Below are positions 48,383 to 57,118 of a stretch of DNA of 64,000 nt, piece by piece (position 1 is the first letter of the stretch; each line of letters opens with the position of its first letter). The translations under genes were made by a program, and so were the position numbers. Below the pieces are notes generated by a model that worked only from the letters and a program-made list of their open reading frames with translations, was not told where the DNA came from and did not search any database. Source of the stretch: Chthoniobacterales bacterium (lineage in GTDB: Bacteria > Verrucomicrobiota > Verrucomicrobiia > Chthoniobacterales > UBA10450); the NCBI GenBank assembly GCA_038237805.1, contig JBBRYI010000003.1:183594-247593 (forward strand), written 5' to 3'.

Positions 48383-49654
48383 ATGACTTTTTCCGCCGAC
48401 GAAGATTTCGCACGTCAACTCGATAGCGAGGATTCGCTCCGCGATTTTCGGGAAAAATTTCATCTCCCACCCGGCGAAGATGGCAAGCCGCTGATTTACC
48501 TCGCTGGAAACTCGTTAGGCTTGATGCCGAAATCGGCGAGAAAAATCGTCGAACAGGAATTGGACGACTGGGCGAAGCGCGGTGTCGATGCACACCTCGA
48601 AGCGGCGACACCATGGTACTCATATCACGAGACGTTGCGCGAGCCCGCGGCGCGACTCGTGGGCGCGCAGCCTAAGGAAGTCATCTGCATGAACAGCCTG
48701 ACGGTGAACCTGCACCTGATGATGGCGACGTTCTATCGGCCGACGGAATCACGCTTCAAAATCCTGATGGAAGAGCCGGCCTTCCCTTCCGACACATATG
48801 CGATCAAAACACAGATCGTTCATCACGGTTTTGGGCCTAACGAGGCGCTAATTCTCGCGCGACCCCGCAAAGGTGAGTTCACAGTTCGACAGGATGATAT
48901 CGAGGCGGCGATTGATAAGCATGCGGATCAGCTTGCTGTTGTCATGATTGGCGCCGTGAACTTTTTCACCGGTCAATTATTCGATATCGAAAAAATCACG
49001 TCCGCAGCGCAGAAGCGTGGCATCGCGGTCGGAATCGATCTCGCACATGCAGCCGGAAATGTTCCGCTGTCGCTACACGATTGGAACGTCGATTTCGCAG
49101 TGTGGTGTTCCTACAAATATCTGAACGCCGGCCCCGGCGCGGTCGCGGGCGCGTTCGTGCACGAGCGACACGCGACGAACCGAGAATTGCCGCGCCTGGC
49201 TGGTTGGTTCGGAAACGATCCAAAGACGCGGTTCCGTCTGCATCTCGAGCCTGAGTTTATTCCCGTTCCCTCCGCCGATGCGTGGCAGATCAGCAACCCG
49301 CCGATCTTTTCCATGGCGCCGTTACGGGCTTCGCTTGCGATTTTCGATCAAGCCGGCGGAATGAAAGCGTTGCGCTCGAAGTCGATAAAGCTAACAGGCT
49401 ACCTTCAATTTCTGATCGAGTCCGCCAGACATTCAAAGCTAACGGTCATCACGCCGCGCCACCCTAACGAGCGCGGCTGCCAGCTCTCGATCCTTGTTCA
49501 CGAACATCCGAAAGAGTTATTCGCGAAGCTCGACGCTGCGGGCGTGAAATGCGATTTTCGCGAACCGAACGTCATTCGCGCCGCGCCTACCCCTCTTTAC
49601 AACACGTTTCACGAAATCTGGCGCTTCGCGAAGATCCTGGCTGAGCATCAATAG
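48383..49654 (+). CDS. kynU: Kynureninase
   Basis: Contains IYLAGNSLGLMPK and the PLP-lysine region WCSYKYLNAGPGAVAG. Start trimmed to MTFSADE. Confidence 0.9.
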   Translation: MTFSADEDFARQLDSEDSLRDFREKFHLPPGEDGKPLIYLAGNSLGLMPKSARKIVEQELDDWAKRGVDAHLEAATPWYSYHETLREPAARLVGAQPKEVICMNSLTVNLHLMMATFYRPTESRFKILMEEPAFPSDTYAIKTQIVHHGFGPNEALILARPRKGEFTVRQDDIEAAIDKHADQLAVVMIGAVNFFTGQLFDIEKITSAAQKRGIAVGIDLAHAAGNVPLSLHDWNVDFAVWCSYKYLNAGPGAVAGAFVHERHATNRELPRLAGWFGNDPKTRFRLHLEPEFIPVPSADAWQISNPPIFSMAPLRASLAIFDQAGGMKALRSKSIKLTGYLQFLIESARHSKLTVITPRHPNERGCQLSILVHEHPKELFAKLDAAGVKCDFREPNVIRAAPTPLYNTFHEIWRFAKILAEHQ

Positions 49655-49665
49655 GGCAAAGACAA

Positions 49666-50424
49666 TTACGATTGGCTCGTCGGCCAGCGTTTTGGTGTGC
49701 GAATGAATAACGCGAGCGAACCAACATCCGGCTCGCGTTTGTAATATTCTCCATTGCGCGCCGTAATTTCCTGAACCAATCGAAAAGGGCCGGGCATCGT
49801 TGCTGTGTGCGGACGCGCGGCCGCCGCATTGTGAAATACAAGGTGGCCGCCGGGTTTAACCGCTTTTTTCCAGTGTTCATAATCGTTGAGCACTCCTTCA
49901 TAGGAATGATCGCCATCCACGAAGACTAAATCATAAAAATCTGCCTTGGCTTCGCTCGCAGCCGAGTGGCCGACAAGGAGGTTAACTTTATGCGCCAGCT
50001 CACTTTTCTTCAGGGCGATTTGAAGGAGCTCATCGTTTTGCGGCGCGATGTCAATCGACGTCACCATGGAATCCGCATCGCCCGCCACGGCGAGCAGGAA
50101 TGCGGAGCCACCATGACAACGACCGATCTCTAATATCTGCGCACCCGGTTTCGACCGCGCCAATCGAAACAAGTGCGCCGCTTCATCAAACTGTAATAAC
50201 AAGAGGCCCTTGTTGGTTGGGTTGGATACGAGCAGCCAATCGAGATCTTCGAAGTTGCGCTGCGGACGGTTGGGCAAGTTTGCGAACGAAAGGTTATTCC
50301 ACTGCCTCACCGCGTCGAAAGCCAGATTTGGGTGGCGCCGGATGAAAAACAAAATTAAACGCCGCAAATATTTGTGGAAAAAACGCATTTGTTCCGAGAG
50401 CTGCAATTCTATCCCAAGACTCAA
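49666..50424 (-). CDS. Class I SAM-dependent methyltransferase (Methyltransf_24-like)
   Basis: Contains ILEIGRCHGGSAFLLA and DLVFVDGDHSYEGVLNDYEHW...GGHLVFHN. Confidence 0.7.
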   Translation of the reverse strand: MSLGIELQLSEQMRFFHKYLRRLILFFIRRHPNLAFDAVRQWNNLSFANLPNRPQRNFEDLDWLLVSNPTNKGLLLLQFDEAAHLFRLARSKPGAQILEIGRCHGGSAFLLAVAGDADSMVTSIDIAPQNDELLQIALKKSELAHKVNLLVGHSAASEAKADFYDLVFVDGDHSYEGVLNDYEHWKKAVKPGGHLVFHNAAAARPHTATMPGPFRLVQEITARNGEYYKREPDVGSLALFIRTPKRWPTSQS

Positions 50425-50519
50425 GCCAAACTCGACAACGAAGCGGTGAAATTTTAATTATGCCGAGAATTTTTATCGGCAAATCCACCGGCTTAGGCCA
50501 AAAGCATCGTTAACCATCT

Positions 50520-50894
50520 ATGAAATACGTCATCATTATCGCGCGAGTTCTGCTCGGACTCGTATTCGTCGTCTTCGGCTCGAACGCCTTTTTGCATTTT
50601 ATCCCGGCGCCGCCAATGCAAGGCGACCCCGGTGCATTCATGGGCGCCCTCTTTCATAGCGGTTACATTTATCCGATCGCGGTCTTACAGGTCGTGGGCG
50701 GTCTTCTTCTGCTCCTCGGCGCGCGCTTCGTCGCACTCGGCCTCACCCTGCTCGGCCCGGTAATTGTGAACATCGTGCTCTACCACATCTTTCTCGATCG
50801 AAATGGTCTCCCGATAGCGATCGTCATCTCCATTCTCGCGCTCTTTCTTCTCTGGGTTTATCGCTACAAGTTCCCGGCCATTTTCCAACCATAA
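50520..50894 (+). CDS. Small 4-TM membrane protein (DoxX-like)
   Basis: 124 aa with four hydrophobic segments. The family call is tentative. Confidence 0.5.
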   Translation: MKYVIIIARVLLGLVFVVFGSNAFLHFIPAPPMQGDPGAFMGALFHSGYIYPIAVLQVVGGLLLLLGARFVALGLTLLGPVIVNIVLYHIFLDRNGLPIAIVISILALFLLWVYRYKFPAIFQP

Positions 50895-50980
50895 ACTCTT
50901 CGAGCGACTAGGAAGCCGTTGTCCGTTCTGGAGCGAAGTGCTTTAGAACGGTGACAATCCACTTAGGTTTATCTTTTCTC

Positions 50981-51388
50981 ATGAAGAACGTGATCCATGG
51001 CAGCTGTCTGTGTGGCGGTGTGCGGTTTGAAGTCGATCCTCCTTTCCTTCAGGCAAATCACTGCCACTGCGACCGCTGCCGCAAGCATTCCGGCACGGCC
51101 GTTTGCACGCAGACCCGAGTTTTGAAGGAAAACTTCCGTCTGCTGCAAGGGGCCGAGTTGATTAAAGTTTACGGAAAAGGCGAAGGGGCTGTAAAAGCAT
51201 TCTGCATGAACTGCGGCTCCAGTTTGTTTGGCGGTGATTGGCCAGACGGACCTCAAGTGTCGATTCGTATGGGAGCTTTCGACGATGATCCTGGCATCCG
51301 TCCTCAATTTCACACCTTTGTCGATTGTCGTGCCCCGTGGGACATGATCACAGACGATCTTCCGCAATATTCCGAGAGGCGAAAGTAA
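50981..51388 (+). CDS. GFA-family (CENP-V/glutathione-dependent formaldehyde-activating fold) protein
   Basis: Cys-rich Zn motifs: GSCLCGGVRFEV, CHCDRCRKHSG, FCMNCGSSLF. Confidence 0.8.
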   Translation: MKNVIHGSCLCGGVRFEVDPPFLQANHCHCDRCRKHSGTAVCTQTRVLKENFRLLQGAELIKVYGKGEGAVKAFCMNCGSSLFGGDWPDGPQVSIRMGAFDDDPGIRPQFHTFVDCRAPWDMITDDLPQYSERRK

Positions 51389-51458
51389 ACTCGGCAGCCG
51401 CCGTCTCGGTCTGATTGTTCGTGATACGCGCACAATCCGCGGTTAAGCATTCCGTTGA

Positions 51459-52784
51459 ATGGGGTCTAAATTTGTTCTCATCGGGAGTGGCCTCGCTGGA
51501 GGATTGCTCGCGGCGTATTTGGGAAAACGCGGATACAATGTCGATCTTTACGAGCGACGTGCTGATCCGCGCGAAGGCAATCTCGTCGGCGGACGCTCGA
51601 TCAATCTCGCGCTCTCAACGCGCGGAATTCATGCGCTCGAACAGCTCGGTCTTGCTGACGAAGTGTTGCGGCATGCGATCCCAATGCGCGGGCGCATGAT
51701 CCATGAAAAATCCGGCGGTCTCCACTTCGCGCCCTACGATGTCGATCCCAACAAATGCATCAACTCCATCGGACGCGCGGCACTTAATACCACTGTGATT
51801 GGGGCGGCACAGCGTCATTCGAACGTGCGCGTCCATTTCAATCATCGTTGCAACGATGTCGATTTTGAGTCGGCAACCGTTCAGCTCTTCAACACGTCAA
51901 CGTCGCAACCGCTTAAGGCATCTGGAGATGCGGTTATCGGTGTCGACGGCGCGTTTTCCGCCGTGCGGCAGTCGATGCGGAAGCAAATAAATGGTTTCAA
52001 TTACGACGAGAGCTATCTCGCGCACGGATACAAAGAACTCACCATCCCGCCTGCTCAGGATGGCTCGTGGCAAATGGAAAAGCACGCCCTCCACATTTGG
52101 CCGCGCAAAAGTTTCATGATGATCGCGCTGCCCAATCCCGACGGCTCGTTCACTTGCACGCTCTTCTGGGAATTCGAAGGGCCGCGAAGCTTCGCCACGA
52201 CCAAGACCAATGAAGAGGTCCGCCGATTCTTCGACGAAGAATTTCCCGACGCGGTCCCGCTTATGCCGGCACTGCTCGAAGACTTCCGCGAAAATCCTAC
52301 CGGCTCACTCGTGACGATTCGTTGCGCGCCATGGTTCTACAAAAACAAAGTCGCGCTCGTCGGTGACGCCGCGCACGCCGTCGTGCCGTTCTACGGCCAG
52401 GGAATGAACGCCGCCTTCGAAGACTGTGTCGTGTTCGATGAATGCCTCGCCGAAATGCCTAACGACCGCGAACGCGCCTTCAATCAATATTTCGTTAGGC
52501 GAAAAAAAAACACCGATGCGCTTGCTGATCTCGCGGTGCAAAACTTCATCGAGATGCGCGACAAAACTGCCTCACGCTCGTTCCGCGCGAAGAAAAAACT
52601 CGATCACTTTCTCGAAGCCGCGTTACCCGGCGTGTATTTACCGCTTTACGCGATGGTAACTTTCACGCGAATCCCCTACTGCGTCGCAGCCCGCCGCGCG
52701 CGACGGCAGGATCGCATCATCTACACGGGCCTCGTTGCGATCGTTTTGATCGTCCTGTTGTTGGCCGTTCGCTTGATCGCCTAA
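51459..52784 (+). CDS. kmo: Kynurenine 3-monooxygenase (FAD-dependent)
   Basis: Contains FVLIGSGLAGGLLA (FAD), INLALS.RG, LVGDAAHAVVPFYGQGMNAAFED and a C-terminal hydrophobic anchor. Confidence 0.85.
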   Translation: MGSKFVLIGSGLAGGLLAAYLGKRGYNVDLYERRADPREGNLVGGRSINLALSTRGIHALEQLGLADEVLRHAIPMRGRMIHEKSGGLHFAPYDVDPNKCINSIGRAALNTTVIGAAQRHSNVRVHFNHRCNDVDFESATVQLFNTSTSQPLKASGDAVIGVDGAFSAVRQSMRKQINGFNYDESYLAHGYKELTIPPAQDGSWQMEKHALHIWPRKSFMMIALPNPDGSFTCTLFWEFEGPRSFATTKTNEEVRRFFDEEFPDAVPLMPALLEDFRENPTGSLVTIRCAPWFYKNKVALVGDAAHAVVPFYGQGMNAAFEDCVVFDECLAEMPNDRERAFNQYFVRRKKNTDALADLAVQNFIEMRDKTASRSFRAKKKLDHFLEAALPGVYLPLYAMVTFTRIPYCVAARRARRQDRIIYTGLVAIVLIVLLLAVRLIA

Positions 52785-52826
52785 TCCCGAATAGTCCGCG
52801 CGGCCGACTAAATCGAGCGGTTGTTC

Positions 52827-53360
52827 TTACTCGCCACCGAGCGCGGGCGCGTGAAATCCGCGTCCCTGGCGCTGGATGTTGTCCATCGAATCGCCGTTGA
52901 GTGTTTCAACATTCTGCCCACTCGCTTTGCCTCTGCGATTCGCCTCGTTCACTTCGACCCAGTGGCCCCCCAGATTTGTCCCGGTTTGCGAGCCTACCCA
53001 GACGAATTTCTTCTTCTCTTTGCCCGTTACTGCGGCGGTCTTGCTCATGTCGAATGCTACGTGCGTCTTGTTGGCCTGCGTTTTGACAATTTGCGATGAT
53101 CGAATTCCGCCCTCGACCGTCGCTGTCAGCTTATAAGTGCCAACTTCCAAATCAGTCACGGTCACGTGACCTCGCCAATTCGTCTTCGCGACCACGGGCA
53201 CCGATTTCTTATCCTGACGCTCTATTCGAACTTCGGCCGCCCTGGAAGGTCTGCCGTCCACTCCTTTTACGTCCGCTTCGATCGCGGCGTTTTGCGCAAA
53301 AGCAGAAGCAAGAAAAAGAAAGATGGATGTGAACGTGATGAGGCGGGTTTTTGAGAGCAT
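52827..53360 (-). CDS. Secreted protein with a carboxypeptidase-regulatory-like (Ig/transthyretin-like) domain
   Basis: Has a signal peptide and GHVTVTDLEVGTYKLTATVEG. Tentative. Confidence 0.45.
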   Translation of the reverse strand: MLSKTRLITFTSIFLFLASAFAQNAAIEADVKGVDGRPSRAAEVRIERQDKKSVPVVAKTNWRGHVTVTDLEVGTYKLTATVEGGIRSSQIVKTQANKTHVAFDMSKTAAVTGKEKKKFVWVGSQTGTNLGGHWVEVNEANRRGKASGQNVETLNGDSMDNIQRQGRGFHAPALGGE

Positions 53361-53500
53361 AATGTGTTGTGTGTTGTTGCGATCTAAGCAATTTAAATTC
53401 TGTCATTCAAGGAAGAACTTTACTTGGCCCAGGTAAACTCATTGCCCGTCCCCCAAAATGATCTTGTGTCCTAGAATCGCAGGCGTAGTCTCACGAATCT

Positions 53501-54268
53501 ATGAGAACTACGCGGTTGATCGCGATGGTTCCGATGCTCGCAGTGAGCTTCCTCACGACTGTTTCCATTGGTCGTGCATCGGAAAAAACGCAGGATAAAA
53601 CACCGTGGAAAATCACCGGACAGCTGGAGGAGGCTTGTTCGTGCGACGCGGCGTGCCCATGCTGGTTTGATTCCAAACCGACGAAGATGACCTGCAGCGG
53701 CGGGCAGGTGCTCTTCATTGAAAAAGGAACTTACGGCAAAACAAAACTCGACGGACTCGCCATCGGTAACATGGCTCAAAGTCCCGAGGGCAAAACGATG
53801 ATGGGTTCGTTCGGCGATTGGAATTTTTCGTATAACTACATCGACGAGAAAGCTACTCCTGAGCAACGCAAAGCGCTCGAAGCGATCGCACGCGTCGTGC
53901 TGGAACCCGACGCTTCAAAGAAAACAGAGACACGTTACGTAGCGATCACGCGCAAGATCGAGGGCAAGGAGCACGAGATCAGTCTCGGCAAGTACGGAAC
54001 GTTTCGCGGTCATCTCCTCGAAGGAGGTCTCGGCGGCACGCCGAAGGTCGTTAATCCGCCAGGCGCAGATCCAATCCACCACGAATACCAACAAGGTCGC
54101 ACCGCGAAGATGGCCTACAACGATGCGGAGCAGAATTGGTCGTGGGAAAATTCGAACTACATGCTCGGTAAGTTCACAGTCGATAGCACTCAGTACCAGA
54201 AATACGCTGCCGGTCTCGCTCAGAAAATGTCCAGCCCGAAAGAGCGAAAGCCGGAAGGCAAAAAATAG
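53501..54268 (+). CDS. DUF1326-like protein
   Basis: Has a signal peptide and EEACSCDAACPCWF, which I recall as the DUF1326 hallmark. Confidence 0.65.
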   Translation: MRTTRLIAMVPMLAVSFLTTVSIGRASEKTQDKTPWKITGQLEEACSCDAACPCWFDSKPTKMTCSGGQVLFIEKGTYGKTKLDGLAIGNMAQSPEGKTMMGSFGDWNFSYNYIDEKATPEQRKALEAIARVVLEPDASKKTETRYVAITRKIEGKEHEISLGKYGTFRGHLLEGGLGGTPKVVNPPGADPIHHEYQQGRTAKMAYNDAEQNWSWENSNYMLGKFTVDSTQYQKYAAGLAQKMSSPKERKPEGKK

Positions 54269-54289
54269 CCGTGATCCGCCTAACGACTT

Positions 54290-54320
54290 GGTGGATCGAG
54301 CAGTCCCTTCCTCGATCTTT
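54290..54320. repeat. Solo left end of the AGGTGGATCG MITE family
   Basis: The sequence ggtggatcgagcagtccc matches the first ~15 nt of the 48244 and 55491 copies. I found no right-hand TIR. Confidence 0.3.
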
Positions 54321-54473
54321 GTTTGCTGTACGGCGTGCTGTCCGAGCGCCCTAACGAATCGAACGACGACCAGGGCTCCGTAGGTTCGGCGATGAAGTCG
54401 AAACTTCGCGTCTTTGGTCTTTCTTTTCGATCTGCTTCGAGCGAGTGATTATCGCTCGGCGCGTTTGATCGCC

Positions 54474-54911
54474 ATGAAGAAAAATATCCTAATGAGTGGG
54501 CTCGCAGCTTGCCTTGTCTTCGCATTGGTCACCGCCGGTTGTCAGAAGACCGGCAAGCTTTCGCCGGAATTGCAAGCGCGGTTCCAGAAAGAAGTAATCG
54601 CGCATCGTGCTGACGATCTCACCTTTCGCCGCACACGACCCGCCGGCCAACGCGACTCCGGTTGGGACGAGAAGCGTGCCTCAATCATCGTCACGCACGA
54701 AAGTGTTTTTCTCCATGTAAACGGAAAACCACTCGTCGAAATCACAACGCGTTCTACTGGCTTCTACGAAGTCCATCGGGACCACGATCGGATCGCGCTG
54801 CGCGCTGGCAGCGGCAAATCCGCTTTGAGCTGGTCCTTTCGTCCCCCCGACGATGTCGACGCGTGGGCAAAAGACATCCGCGGCGTGATCAAGAACGCGA
54901 AGTCTCGTTAG
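54474..54911 (+). CDS. Hypothetical lipoprotein
   Basis: MKKNILMSGLAACLVFALVTAGC contains a lipobox. The stop TAG is embedded in a TCGTTAGGC motif. Confidence 0.5.
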   Translation: MKKNILMSGLAACLVFALVTAGCQKTGKLSPELQARFQKEVIAHRADDLTFRRTRPAGQRDSGWDEKRASIIVTHESVFLHVNGKPLVEITTRSTGFYEVHRDHDRIALRAGSGKSALSWSFRPPDDVDAWAKDIRGVIKNAKSR

Positions 54912-54970
54912 GCGACGCTGATCGCTTGACCTCTTTGCGCTTGGATGCCGCGAGGCTACACTGCCAGCGC

Positions 54971-55489
54971 ATGAACACGGATTTAGCACAACTGGCCTGC
55001 GACCGTTATGAAATTGCGGACACACTGCACCGCTACGCCTTTGGTCTCGACCACGCTGATGCAGATGCGCTGGCATCGGCATTCACGGAAGATTGCCTTT
55101 TCGATTTCAAGTCCGCACGAGCAAAGCTCGGGATCGGCTTCAACAAGTTAACCGGTCGTGCGGCAATCGTGGAGACTCTTCTTCCGATTCTTGGTCCGCT
55201 CGATACCAGTCATACCGTGAGCAATATCCAGATCGAAATCAGCGGCGACTCGGCCACACTGCATGCGTATGTTATGGCTCAACATTTCATGCCGCGGGAA
55301 GGTTCGAGCGCCGACGCCGAGAACGCACTCTTGATGAATCGCTACGATTGCGAGCTCGCACGCGACGGCCAGAAATGGCGCTTCAAGCGTGTTACGATCG
55401 ACAATGCATGGGCGCAAGGTAATCCCGACATTCTTAACGCTAATGCGATTCACCGAGCGTTGACCGCGAAATCGAAGCAGCCGAAATAA
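54971..55489 (+). CDS. NTF2-like (SnoaL_4-type) protein
   Basis: Contains IADTLHRYAFGLDHADADALASAFTEDC, typical of SnoaL-like proteins. Start set at MNTDLAQ (54971), not at the long 54662 extension. Confidence 0.65.
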   Translation: MNTDLAQLACDRYEIADTLHRYAFGLDHADADALASAFTEDCLFDFKSARAKLGIGFNKLTGRAAIVETLLPILGPLDTSHTVSNIQIEISGDSATLHAYVMAQHFMPREGSSADAENALLMNRYDCELARDGQKWRFKRVTIDNAWAQGNPDILNANAIHRALTAKSKQPK

Positions 55490-55490
55490 C

Positions 55491-55998
55491 GTGGATCGAG
55501 CAGTGAGGCCAGTCCCGCTCAGACCGCGATGCCATGAATGTCGGAGCCCGCTCAGTTCGCTCCTCTACCCGAGGGAGAGGCTGAAGGTGAGGGCCGACTT
55601 TTGGAGCGTCACAAATTGGCAATAGCTTGTCGTGGCGAGAGAACTTAATGAGAGATAATTCTCTACTAATTAAATATCCCCTCACCCAACCCTCTCCCAC
55701 AGGGAGAGGAGTCCATCGTGCCAGTGAGCGGACTGGCGTCAGGTCACCTCCGCGAAGCCGTTGCCGACACGGTTAGTGGCGTCGTCGTATGCACGACGAC
55801 ATCGAATCTCTCAATGTTCTCTCTTTCTGGACGACGCTTCTCTCCCACTCGATAGCAAGAGATGTCTCGGCTTCGCTCGACATGACAATCGTGCGATGGA
55901 CGGCTAATCCTCTCTCCGTGAGGACGAGGACTTAAGTAGTGCACGTCGCCGCGATGGAGTCCCAAACGCGGTTTACGAGCACGCAGGCCGATCCACCT
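55491..55998. mobile_element. Composite, nested repeat element sharing the GTGGATCG / CGATCCACCT termini
   Basis: The left ~55 nt align with the 104-bp MITE. The right end is cgatccacct at 55989-55998. Inside there is an inverted pair of gggagagg...ggtgaggg modules (about 55562-55593 and 55678-55709) and a gccagtcccgctc / gagcggactggc inverted pair. Confidence 0.5.
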
Positions 55999-56105
55999 CC
56001 CGCCCGCCGGGGAAACGAGCGGCGGCACTAATTATTACTCGTTAGGCGAATACACAGCAGGCCACAAGCGATCCCGCACCTGCATCGCACCGCTCACACC
56101 GCTCG

Positions 56106-56696
56106 TTAGGCGGCGATGCGGAACTTCCGAGACAGTGCAGCAAGGACGACAAGCGAGATCCCCAAAAAAACGACAGCAGAGCCGTTTTCAGGGACGGCGA
56201 CGGCTGAGGTCGACGCGGTGATGAACGCAAACGAAAAATTATTACCAGTACCCTGAAGGGCAAAGGTTCCCGCGGTGTTGTCGAAGCCAGTGATATGGGC
56301 GGTGCCTGTTCCCTGCAAGTCGAGCCCACCTGCCGTTACCGTGCCCGAAATCAAACTCGTGAGATCGAATGAATAAGTATTGCCTCCAAACGTGAACGTC
56401 CATACCGGAAGAACCGACGCAGTTAAAACCGCCGAAAGTCCGCTACCGGTGAATGAAAAGTTCTGGAAAGTCACCGGCGTAAAAATGGGGACGCCACTGT
56501 AGCTGCCCGTTTCGCCGATGGTACTGAACGGATTGTTGAAATTAATCGTGCTCGTTCCGCCGCTTTGACTGGCACTGCCGCTGCCCAGAAATGCTATGGA
56601 GCCGCTAATCGGCACGCCTTGCGTCTGGTGGCAAAAGGCCAAGGTCACGAGGCCGACAGATGCTATAGCGAAAAGTTTCTTCAGATGAAGTTTCAT
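56106..56696 (-). CDS. Secreted protein with a PEP-CTERM-like sorting tail (VPENGS variant)
   Basis: Signal peptide MKLHLKKLFAIASVGLVTLAF. C-terminus AVPENGSAVVFLGISLVVLAALSRKFR. The stop TAA is embedded in a TCGTTAGGC motif. Confidence 0.6.
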   Translation of the reverse strand: MKLHLKKLFAIASVGLVTLAFCHQTQGVPISGSIAFLGSGSASQSGGTSTINFNNPFSTIGETGSYSGVPIFTPVTFQNFSFTGSGLSAVLTASVLPVWTFTFGGNTYSFDLTSLISGTVTAGGLDLQGTGTAHITGFDNTAGTFALQGTGNNFSFAFITASTSAVAVPENGSAVVFLGISLVVLAALSRKFRIAA

Positions 56697-57118
56697 AGTG
56701 GGGATGATCGCATTTTCAACGGATATTTCCCGTAGAAACTGCATTACTCAGGAAATTATCACGTAGAAATAGATCGCAGCAAGACAATTATTTTATTTTT
56801 TGCGAGGGATCAAAGTGCACAGGTGGCAGACGCTTTTTCGCTCGCTCCCGGCACTGCGTCCAAGGAAACATGAGGCTCGATACGTCGACCGCCGCCGCAA
56901 TGCTGCGCTTTATATGTCGTGTGAAATCGATGGCCATCGCGCCGACCAACGGATTGCTGCATCGCCTCGTTAAAACCGTTGATTAGCCATTTGGTGGTGG
57001 AGCGAGATCCTGCAGAGGGATCGATCTCTGAATCTTCCTCGCGCAATATTTAACGGGTGGATACGCCTAATCGCCCACCTTAATCAGATCCAAGCGTTTC
57101 GTATTTTATCCTAAGCCG

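Noticed and set aside
55440-56028. Two minus-strand ORFs (86 and 94 aa) inside the composite repeat.
   Set aside because: They are translations of inverted-repeat modules (PLPRVEE..., HVERSRDISCY-type strings) that commonly appear as spurious hypothetical proteins. They have no start context and no domain.
56810-57046. 78-aa minus-strand ORF in the 370-bp gap between the FG-GAP gene and the PEP-CTERM-like gene.
   Set aside because: It has no recognisable motif and no signal or TM segment, and it lies where the promoter or leader of the downstream gene is expected. I left it uncalled because there is not enough evidence either way.
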